Below, piece by piece: positions 39,801 through 51,800 of a stretch of 64,000 bases of DNA. The notes beneath the pieces are model-generated. The model made no database searches, was not told the DNA's origin, and worked only from the letters and a program-made list of their open reading frames with translations. The number at the start of each line of letters is the position of its first letter. The first letter of the stretch is position 1. Source of the DNA: Somniosus microcephalus (Eukaryota); assembly GCA_052327205.1 (NCBI GenBank), contig CM126224.1:18042001-18106000 (forward strand), given 5' to 3'. The translations under genes and the position numbers were made by a program.

Positions 39801-42800
39801 ACATTTGATCATAGTGGATTGATTGGTATCCTTCATCGTAACTCACTTAAAAGAGTGCTACAAATAAAAACAGAACTTGATTGGATCGATATTTAACATG
39901 ATAGTGGAATGACTTGCTTAGTACCTTGCTTTGCCTTTTCAAGTTGTAGTCATAGACAATCTGGCTGCACGAAACCATGTCGTCATCACCATCCAGATCA
40001 CATTTTATCTTGATGTTATTTCTAAAAACAAGTGTTGGTACAATATTGGTTATTAAGGTTAAACCAGATAAAATGTGAACTATTTTGGGGTGAAAAGCCA
40101 AAAGTTATTTAAATTTTCATTATGGCACTTTAGAACAGCTTCTCCTAACATGTGAATTTTCAGAACTCCCACATCAGCCATCCTTCTGGTCAGTGGGAAT
40201 GTCAATTTATTGTCTATTCGTGCTACATTACCAATGTTGTACTGCAAACTACCACCCAATTGCCAAACACATTTTTCAAGAAGCCTTACAGCCATTAGAG
40301 AGAGAAAACTTTCATCCCGTCACTCTGGATTGCATTCAAACAAATTCCACATGATAACGGTCAGTACGTTAACCCACAGCGGTCACCTAGCTGCCCCCTG
40401 AAGAAAAGGTGTATTTTCCCCATCCACTTGTTCAGGAAACTTTGACAAAGCCACATTTATTGTCCATTCAAAGTTGCCCTGAGAAGCTGATATTGGGCCA
40501 CCTTCTTGAATCACTGCAGTCCTTGTGGTGATGCTCCTCTCCTAATGACGTTAGGTAAGAATTCTAGGATTTTGACCCAGTGATTTGAAGGAATAGTGAT
40601 ATACGCCCAAATCAAGAGGTGTTCCCATGATATTGCTGTTTTTGCCTTCTCTATGGTAGCGATCATGTGACTGGGAGGTGCTGTCGAAGCAAGCTTGGTA
40701 GGGTGCTGTAGTGCAGCATGTAGGCACATTGTGCTGGTGGTGGGGCGAGTGGCAATTGAGACCAGTGGCAGGGTGCCAATCAAATGAACCATGTCTTGGA
40801 TGGTGTTCAGCATCGGGGCACCAATCAAGTTAACAGCGGGTAACCACACCCTCATACCCTAGATCTAACCTCATCGCTCTGTAGCCATTTCCCACTCATT
40901 AAGTTTAATGGGAGATAAGAAAAAAAAAACACCAACTAGTTCCTTTCAGCCTGTCCCAATCAGCTTTGACACAGCTTACATGCACCATCAACCGATCCCT
41001 CAGTCACACAATCTCCTAGGAGAGGCAAAAAAAGAGACCCACCTAGAACTTCACACCCTGGTCCCCAATTCCTCTCCAGCTACTCACTCAGGCTGAACAG
41101 AAAGGTGTGGAACCTTGGTGTCCCATTTGACTGAGCTATGTTTCAAATCCTGTATCCTATCCATCAAGACCATCTATTTGCATCTCCGCGTTGTCCTTCC
41201 CACTACTGCTGAAACCTTCCTTCACCTCCATACTTGACTTCTCCGACAGGCTTCCTAGGTTTCTCCTTGCATAAGCGCAAACTCGTCCAAAACTCTGCGA
41301 CTTGCCATCTCTCCTGCACTTGGTTCTGCTCCCACTGCCACCACATCCTCTTCAACCTCCAAGACTCCCCGTCATAAATCTCATCATTCATCAAGAAACT
41401 ACTAGTGAAATAACGCTGGACGGCCAGCTGGTGGCGCCGTCCAAGGAGTATAAATACTCTGGCGTCGGCCCCAGCTTGCCAGGGACGTTTTGTAAGACAA
41501 GGAACTAGTGAAGTACAACTAGACCTCCATGTTCTGAAACAAGTTGATTAAAGCCTTGCTTTATACTCAAACCAAGTGCGGAGTGAGTTTTATTACATCA
41601 CTCCCCATCGCCCAATACGTGAAATCCAAATATTTCCACAACCTCACCCCTTCACCTACTACTGTAATCAGCTCTACACCAACACACATCTTCGCTCTCA
41701 GACTCTAGCATTCTTTGCACCCTCGCCTTCTGCTCCACTTTCGATAACAAAACCATCAGTCATTGTGACCGCACAACCAAGAACATTTCGCCTAAAATCC
41801 TCCACCTCGCTGCACCGCTCCACTACATCAGAAGACTCCTCAAAACCTACCTCTTTGAACAATCTTTTGATCAGATTCCCTAACTTATCTACTGCTGCTT
41901 GGCATCCATTTTCACCTCTGATGCACCTTTGGACATTTTAACACGTTAGAGGCACTATATAACTGCAAGTAGTTATTGTTAAATCTTTTGACTCACGGAA
42001 TAATCTGTATATCCCACTGATTTTCTCTCTTTCCCAGCAGCAGTAGATATCTCCATCCAACTTACCAACCTTGGATTACGAACGCTTTCTATCTCGTCGT
42101 TGTAGCTCTGGCTTCGAATAATGGTCTGGAACGCCTCTGTAGGGTCAATGAGTTGGCCCCAGACTTTTGACCCAAGTCGATCAAGGATTACCATGAAGCA
42201 CTGCAGAGCTGGCCAGAATGGATCAGAAGCATCATCTACAATACAAATCATTGCAAAGAAATCAGTCAGTAAAATTCTAATGTTTCAATCTTCGATGGTT
42301 TTTAAAAAAATACAGCAGAGGTTGCTCACCGCCCTGAGCTTATAACTCAAACGTGCATAAAGCTCAAACTGAAACTGATTCAATGGCAATCTACACACAG
42401 TCCTCTTTAGCAAAAAAAAATGTAATTCTTAGCAGTCAAACTAACAAAGCTTTAACAGCCCAAATGGCTGATTTTGCAGCAGGGGAATGGGCGACTGCTC
42501 CCTCCTATAGTGTAGCTGTTACACCCAAGAGATATTAGCCTAGATTTTCTGATTGTAACATTGATTCGTTTTAATAGATTACCACCAGCACTAAAATAAG
42601 AGAATCTAGGCCATTATTCTCAATTATTTTTGTGGATAGGTTGAAAATGTTCAGTGATCTGGGCCAAGATATTAGACACTTACGAGGTAAAGAGAGAGTA
42701 CTAGGACATGCGCATCCAGCTAAACTTGCATTCAAAAAATATTTTTGACATCAAATTTTAACTCCGTTTAACCAAGTCAAAGTCATTATTCATTTAATTT

Positions 42801-45800
42801 TTTTTGTTGAGGAGAGGTACATTGTAGCTTAAAATGAACTGACTAAAGTTAAAAGGAAGGAGATTGATGTGACAAGTTATTTTAGGCATGATAAACACAG
42901 ACATCATAAAAGGCTAAAAACACGCAGGCCATGATTTTAAAAAGCAACTATTCCTCCGATTTGTCTAGGTTATAAAAAAGCAGCAAACTATCTGGAAGGA
43001 TTCCTTCGAAACTGCAATTTCTTTCTCCTCGTCACTGACATAAAGGTTGCTGGTGACTGGAAATGTCCGTGCATGCACCAGTTTCAAATTCTCAAATTTA
43101 GGATTGTGTTAAAAAAAATCATTAATTTAAAACATTAAGTACATTTTATTACCAAATTTTCTGGTTAGTTTTATTTTTGCTATTCTAACATTTGACTAAA
43201 TTACATTGTGCATAAGTGGTATTAGTCTCAATTTTATGTGCATACAGGTGCACCACATTATGTTGAATATATCGTGCAAATAATTTAACACTACTGTACT
43301 ATTTTACTTTCACAGAAAGTCAAAATGAAAGTGTTGTTATCGCTACAGGAAACAAAACAGGTCTACTTCCTCTTTCATTAAAGGCAGGTATTTTGGTTCA
43401 GTGGTTTTCCATTTGAAGTTACTCTTTCAAAAAAAAAACATTCCTATTGATGCCACAAGACATTGTAAATGTGAAGTATAAAGTTCCGACAGATCATTTA
43501 AAAGTATAAAAGCTAATATGAACAGATAGGGCAGCTAAATGTATCTGCCTACACTGCTCCAAAATAAAATATAGGTTAACCCTATTAAAAATAAGCACTT
43601 CTTCACCATCATACTTGCACAATCATTCAAGCTGTATGGCAACATCGCATCTACAGAAATATTCAGACACACCTGGTTTACTTTTCATCATGGTGTTCAG
43701 AATAGACTGCATGAAGTCATTTTGCTTATCTTGGGCAAGTAGTAGTGAGTCCATAGCTTGTTCATCCAGTACCATCAACAGCATGCAGATACCTATGCAA
43801 GTGAAGATTTATGATAGCATATATGTGCCAACAATGAAATAGGTTCTCATTAGTAAGAATCTCTCAATTAACTGACTTCAGTATTTTTCCTATTCATTTA
43901 AAAAGAAACCAAGTACAACTTTTTAGTTTATTTGACAATGACTTCGAATGTACTCTCATTCCACTCTGCACACAAGCAGAATGTTTCGCTTTGGCAGGCT
44001 CATACAGAAAAACTACGGTAAGTCAGATCAACATAGAGGCTGCTCCTTTCCTAAATTTAAAAGGATGGACTGGAGACATCTGCAAGAATAGGGAGATTAT
44101 TTTGATAAGAGTAGTTAAGAGAAGGTCTCTCTTCAATTAAGGGCGTGTTTGAATTGCAAATGAAAACCGTGAGGTGGCAATCCTGAATACGCACCCTTGA
44201 CAACTCTACTGGAAATGCATTTAAACTCTTAACCAACCATTTAAAATGTAACAGAAGGACCTGGATATGCTTGCAGTTATATAGGACATGTAGATACGGC
44301 TATAAAGAGCAAACTGAATCCGTTAGCTTTTTACCTGGAGGAATGGAATACAAAAGCAAGAAAGTCATGTTGAACCTGTACAGGACCATCGGTCAAAGTT
44401 GGACTAGTGTACACAGTTTTGGAGAACCTATTATAGGAAGGATATAAAAGCAATGGAAAGGTGCTGTGTAAATTCACTAGGATGTTACTAGCGATGAGGA
44501 GTTTGAAGAGACTCAGGAATTTAGGGCTTTCTTCACCAGAACCGAGAAGGTTAAGGGGCGTATGCTAGAGGTCTCAAAGATTATGAAGGGTTATGATAAA
44601 GATAAATAGTATAGGTTATTTCAACTGGTCGACAAGACCGTAACAAGGTGACACAAATTTAAAATACAAAGAATTAAATAGGTGGTTAGAATTTTCTTTT
44701 GAGGGGAACTAGATAGTTGCTTGAAAAAAAGAATTAACAGATATGGGACACAAGCAAGAGAGTGGGATTAAACTATATGGTTTATGTGGAGAAAAACACT
44801 TATCCTGTTTATCTATAATACACATGGAGCAATCAAAAAATGATGCCCTTTATCATCTTTTGAAAATTGTAAGCTTGAGTTTAGGAGAGGAAAAACAACC
44901 ATTTAAGGGTGAGATCTGTTAGAGCATAATTTTTAATTAAGAGTTGTGATACCCACTTGTCCCAACATATTCCATAATAGTGCCCTCCTTTCACCACTAG
45001 CCCGTCACTCAAAGCTTTTCCATTTTTCCAAGGTACCAACCTACAGCAGATCTTTAAATCACCATGATAATTACTGCACTCACCAAGCCAGTAGTTCTTG
45101 TGGTTGGTAACATCATAAAGATGGGGTGGTAAAAGGATCAATTTTCCCTCTTCTATTCCATAACTGTTATAGAAATCGGTGTTTTCAAAAAGGTCCAGTT
45201 CAATGACCTTCAGCAGGCATGTTATCACTTCCTGTAGGTCATAGAAATCATCTCGTTCCACCTTTCCAAGAGATCTGGCAGCAAGGATTGCCCATTTCCT
45301 GATCTAAAAACAAATTGAAACGCTAACAAATATGCTACGTTATTTTTTATTTTTTTTAAATAGACAAATATCCTTCATTTTTCTCCCATTGGTCATATAT
45401 TAGTTGCTACCAAGGATAGGTGATCAGTTCCCTATACTCCCAAAGCTGCTCCAAACCAGCCACGAGAAAGTGCACAAGACCAGCTCAGATTAACTGTCCT
45501 TCTATCTATAATCAAAGCCCCCATAAACATCAAATAGCACCAAAGTCGATACTTAAAATAAAACATGGATATATTTGGTGATATGGTGACATATAAATTT
45601 ACTCACCCACCCAATGGGATGACCAAAAGGATTTAACTTTATCTATTTGCAATTATTTTTCCTACAAAATAAAACACTTATTTTACATACAACATATGAA
45701 CATAAACACAAACAAAAAAGTGGGATGAATTACAAGGCTGTAAAAAGAGAGTGATTTTGATAGTTTACTTTTAGTTTAAGCAAATGGCACCTGACCCCTG

Positions 45801-48800
45801 AGGTTATGTTTAACCTGTCACTCACTCCCTACCATCTAGCGTGTATACCGAAATTTAAATCAATGATTTTCAAATCTGGGTTTTATTTGTTCTTTTTTGG
45901 AAGCATTTCAGAGTGTGCGGTGTACCAAATGACACTTACCAATCGTTTGTGATTTCAATGCTACGGATTTCAGAATAATTAGATTACAGGGAAATACACT
46001 GCTTATATGCACCCTCTTTTCAATTTGTTCTTCAACAGTTGTATTTTCAAGAGAATACAGTTGAAACTACTGTACAAGGCACCAAAAAGTCTAACTCATA
46101 CATGTAGACTTTTTAAGTCTGACACATTTTCAATTCTGGTATTCACATTCAGTTGGTACACATTGTAGTACCTGAACCAAGTGACAAATAGTAGAGTCTT
46201 GAGCATGTTACCAAATCACAGATATGTGAGTTTTCCAACTCAAATAGAAAAAAAAGGCTTCAAATTTTATTTGGCTTTTGCGTATGTAACAAAAATGCCC
46301 GAAGGCAGTCCTAACATTTGCTTGTTGGATGCAACAAAAAAAACACACTGGAAATCTGAAATAAAAACAGAAATTGTTGGAAATGCACAGCAGGTCCATC
46401 AGCAACTTGTTGTTGAGGGGCCTGCTGTGCATTTCCAGCATTTTGCGTTTCTACTTGCTCATTAGATACAAGTTTCACTGCTTCAGGTTTTCACGTAAGC
46501 AACAGAAACCGACTTCCATAGAAAACCATGCACTTCTTCAGTGTGCCAGTGCAGCCTTCGGTCGCCTGAGGAAGAGTGTGTTTGAAGACCAGGACCTCAA
46601 ACCCGGCACTAAGCTCATGGTCTACAGGGCAGCAGTGATACCCGCCCTGCTGTATGCCTCAGAGACATGGACCACGTACAGCAGGCACGTCAAAGCACTG
46701 GAGAGGTACCACCAACGCTGGCTCCACAAGATCCTGCAAATCCATTGGCAGAATAGGTGCACCAACGTCAGTGTCCTTGCTCAGGCCAACATCCCCAGCA
46801 TCGAAGCTTTGACCACGCTCAATCAGCTCCGATGGACGGGTCACACTGTCCGCATGCCCAATACGAGACTCCCAAAACAAGCGCTCTACTCGGAGCTCTG
46901 GCATGGCAAGAGAGCCCCAGGTGGGCAGAGGAAACGCTTCAAGGACACCCTCAAAACCTCCTTGAAAAAGTGTAACATCCCCACCGGCACCTGGGAATCC
47001 CTGGCCCAAGACCACACAAAGTGGAGGAGAAGCATCCGGGAAGGTGCCGAACACCTCGAGTCTCTTCACCAGGAGCAAGCGGAAGCCAAGCGAAGGCAGC
47101 GCAAGGAGCGCACGTCAACCCAAGCACCCCACCCACCCGCCCCTTCAACCACCGTCTGCCCCGCCTGTGACAGAGACTGTAGGTCCCGCATTGGACTCAT
47201 CAGTCACCTGAGAACTCATTTTTAATGTGGAAGCAAGTCATCCTCAGTTCCGAGGGACTGCCTAAGAGGAGGAGTCAAGTAAGACTTACCGTTTCATTTG
47301 GGTGCACCAGAAGCAGATAGATACCAGGATACTTTTCAAATGTCTGAAAGGAGAAATTCACCTGCTCCATTTTACTAAGGGCCTCAATACACAACTCACC
47401 TAAAACAGAAAGTGAAAGTTATGTCTACACTTCCTTAGAGGGGTTATTAAAATAGATTTTCACTGTTCCAGAAGTTACGGAAATGGAAGACTCAAAATAG
47501 TTTGACAGGAAGACTGAATTGCAGCCAAAGTCTCAAATGATCCAAGCTCCAAGAATTTTAGCAATTCTGATCCTAGCTTCCTTCTCCTCAGTTTCCCAAA
47601 TTATATCCCAACTGCTACTGCATGATCTCGCAGCCCATTGCTGTATCAAAATTCATGAAATAGCAGGTAGATTATTAGATATCCACCTCCTTCCATCTTG
47701 CTCTCCAGTTGATAACCAGCAAAATGTTCACAATAACTTCCATTTATATAGCGCCTTTAACATAGTAAAACGTACCAAGGCGTTCTCAGACAAAATTTGA
47801 CACCGAGCCACATTAGGGCAGGTAACTGAAAGCTTGGTCAAACAGGTAGGTTTTAAGAAGTGTCTTATAGGAGAAAGGGGTAGAGAGGCAAAGAGGTTTA
47901 GGGAGGGAATTCCAGTCACAGCTGCCAAGGGCTACGGATATCAGGGATGCACAAGAGGCCAGAATTGGAGGAACCCAGAGTTCATAGAATCACACAGCAC
48001 AGGAGGCGGCCATTTGGCCCATCATGTGCACCAGCTATTTGAAAGAGCTATGCAATGTGCCCCAATCCCCTGATCTCAATCTTAGTGGCAAAGAAGTCCA
48101 TGTACTCCTCACACTTGTTGGAGGCAAGGGTGCAAGGGAGAGGGGTTTAAGGAGACAGTTGGTAATGGAGAAAAGCCTGGAGTGATATTTGTATTACAGG
48201 ATGATCCTAGAGTAGTGAGCAGTTTTGGCAGAGAACACTGCTTAACGTGGTCCAGCCAGATCTGGCAATGAACGGCTAAGCCAGTCTTGCGGCATATACA
48301 TTCAAGTCAGGATAAATGGTTCATTCTCAGACTGGCAATCAGTAACTAGTGGTGTTCCGCAGGGGTCAGTGCTGGGTCCCCAACTCTTTACAATCTATAT
48401 TAACGATTTGGAGGAGGGGACCGAGTGTAACATATCAAAGTTTGCAGATGATACTAAGATGGGAGGGAAAGTAGTGAGTGAGGAGGACATAAAAAACCTG
48501 TAAGGGGACATAGACAGGCTAAGTAAGTGGGCAGATTTGGCAGGTGGAATACAATACTGGAAAGTGTGAGGTTATGCACTTTGGCAGGAAAAATCGTAGA
48601 GCAAGTTATTATCTTAATGGCAAGAAACTGGAAACTACTGAAGTACAAAGGGATCTGGGGGTCCTGGTGCATGAAACTCAAAAGGTTAGTATGCAGGTGC
48701 AGCAAGTGATTAAGAAGGCCAATGGAATGTTGGCTTTCATTGCTAGGGGGATAGAATATAAAAATAGGGAGGTATTGCTTCAGTTGTACAAGGTATTGGT

Positions 48801-51800
48801 GAGACCGCACCTGGAATACTGCGTACAGTTTTGGTGTCCATACTTAAGAAAGGACATACTTGCTCTCGAGTCAGTACAAAGAAGGTTCACTCGGTTAATC
48901 CCGGGGATGAGGGGATGGACATATGAGGAGAGGTTGAGTAGATTGGGACTCTACTCATTGGAGTTCAGAAGAATGAGAGGCGATCTTATTGAAACATATA
49001 AGATTGTGAAGGGGTTGGATCGGGTGGATGCGGGGAGGATGTTCCCGATGATGGGTGAAACTAGAACTAGGGGGCATAGTCTTAGAATAAGGGGCTGCTC
49101 TTTCAAAACTGAGATGAGGAGGAACTACTTCACTCAGAGGGTGGTAGGTCCCTGGAATATGCTGCCCCAAAAAGCTGTAGAAGCTACATCATTACATAAA
49201 TTTAAAACAGAAATAGACAGTTTCCTAGAAGTAAAGGGAATTAAGGGTTACGGGGAGCGGGCAGGAATTTGGACATGAGTCTAGGTTCGGATCGGTCATG
49301 GCCCTGTGGGTAGCGGAGCGGGCCCAGGGGCCGTGTAGCCTGATCCTGCTCCTATTTCGTGTGTCTAATTCTGTTAGATTCAGGAGATGGTTCTGTGATA
49401 GTGGATTGGCGGTTAGGATCAGATCAGCCATGATCTTATTGAATGGCGGAGCAGGCTCGAGGGGCCGATTGGCCTACTCCTGCTCCTATTTCTTATGTTC
49501 TTATGTCTGCACCCCTTGGATTTAAGGGAATGAAGTTGGGGGCTGTAGCAGGGGAAATGGCCAGGGTGGGAGAAAGTAAATGATTTACTAGGAACAGGGG
49601 CATCAAAGGTGGATGTGAGGGAGTGATTGAGCAGGGATTTAGTAGACATTTCCTGCTTCACATTCAGTTAAATTAATTAATCCAATCTGGCTTGATTTCA
49701 CTGACTTCAAAAGGCAATGAGAACATCTCTGACCATGGCAGTTCAAATTCAGAGCACGATATTTCTAAGACAGAATACAATTCTAATCCAAAATTTACTC
49801 AGAATGCGGAGTTCACTGATAATTTTTTTTAATAAGATGCAACATTTCACATTCATGGGAGGAGGCCATTCCGACGTGTGAAGTCTATAGAACTGCAGTA
49901 CTTGTGCACTGCCATAATTTGTAATTACTTACTCAGGCGTTCATGAAGCAGTAGGTAAGGGTATTTGAGAATCTCCAGGATGGGGACCCGCAGGTTGTTC
50001 TCAAAGTCTGGTCCTGTGTACCCATGGAGCTGAATTTCCTGCTCATCCTCAATTAAAAACAGCTCATCATCCTCCTCCTGCTCTTCCTTCAGTGCATTTT
50101 CAAAATGTTCTATCAGGCGTTTAGTCTCTAGTTTCCACAAATTCTGCAAAATACAACATCAAATAATCAGGTTTCAGCAACCAAAAGGATTTGAATTTAA
50201 CTCTTTAAAACATAAAGTTATTCCATTTTGAGACAATTAAACAATTGCAGCAAAAATAGCTCAGCACTGACACACGATGGGAATAGCCCACATGCTTCTC
50301 ATACACTGAACTGCTGATCTCAACTAGAGATTTAGAGAGGTACAGAACAGAGGCTAGGCACATTGCTGTAGAGAGGCAAAGAAAATCTGATGGCAAAGTA
50401 ACTCAGAGTTCTTCCTATTGCCTAGCGTATTAAGTAGCTTTGGCATGGACCTGCACACCACCTCAGCTAGAGAATGGTCCAGGAGTAATGAAAATACCCC
50501 CCACCCCAAAGATAGGGAGATGCTTCTAAGGTGTCCCAAGGTGCTTTATAGAAACAAAATAATCAGAGAAAAATGGAGATATTGGGAAACAAAAGCTGTG
50601 AAATTCATCCCTGTGCTGAAACAATAGACTATTAAATGGTACAATATCACTAATCTACTCCATACAATCCAACTTCACTGATAATTATACATGGACACGT
50701 GTTTTATCAAGTATAGATCCATTATTATACATGAATGCAACAAAATACACTGGTTGTGGCTTTGTCAAGTATAGATCCATCATTACAACAGAATGATCAC
50801 TGCAAGCACTAATCAGTAAAACTGAATTCCACTATATCTCTGGCTCGCAGCTCTCGCTCCCCGCTGTGCTGGACTAAATCCAGAATTATGGTTCTCGTTT
50901 GGATTAGATGATCAAATGTGAGAGGTCGAGGCCATTGGGCTCAGTTAGCTACACTCCATGGCTTGGATTTTTTTTTCCCCACTTAAAAAGAAATACATCT
51001 CCAAATCTCTCATTTTCTTTCAATTCCAAAAGCCGTATGCTTCTCTAACTGCAGATCAATATTCAAGGTGGTGAGCAGAAGATCCTCAATCACCTATCTT
51101 CCAAACTCAATTCTTTGGCCAGTCATATTTGGCCAATACACCGTAGAAAGTCATGTCCATCGCAGGGACATCAATTGCTCTCAGCCCATTGTACTATGTC
51201 TTGGGTGTTCCTGTGGAGGTCCCACTGAATTCTGAATGGCATATCTAATTAGTTCTTCTGCTGTTCATTGCGCATCACCGGCTTCAATTTTTCTGAAGAC
51301 TGGCTGCAATGACATCTTGCTCAACAAAGCAGCAGCAATTATGGAAGGTGCCTCAAATGGAGAGAATTATGTATTCCCTTCACCCATCTCAAACCAATGT
51401 CGTGTATATCAGCTTCTTTTTGAATTACAGCACACAAGGGGCAGTTTTTGCTGGCCTGGTATTCTCAGTTGACCACTGGGTTTGCTCTGAGGCTGAACTT
51501 GGTTAGTGCTAGTATCCTTAAGGGCCTGGGTTTTCTCCAAATCATTGGAGGGGGTGGGAACTTACCCCCATTGTCCTCCATATCAATCGATGCCTATTTT
51601 CCTCCGAGTTGTATCCTCTTGCAGGCATGTTATGCACTTAGTCCTCCCCAAATACTCCTTCCCTCTTAAGGTTTACGACCTTTCCAAGTGCAAATTCTGT
51701 AACTTGCTGACCAGGTCCCAGCCACCCATACCAATACTGAACCTGAATAAGACATCTTATGGTTATCCTCAGCTTAGCCCTCACCTCTAATTAGGTTTAC

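Noticed and set aside
50990-51500. Coding-like decayed sequence, possibly an old retroelement remnant (similar impression at 17160-17340)
   Set aside because: No diagnostic motif could be read in any frame.
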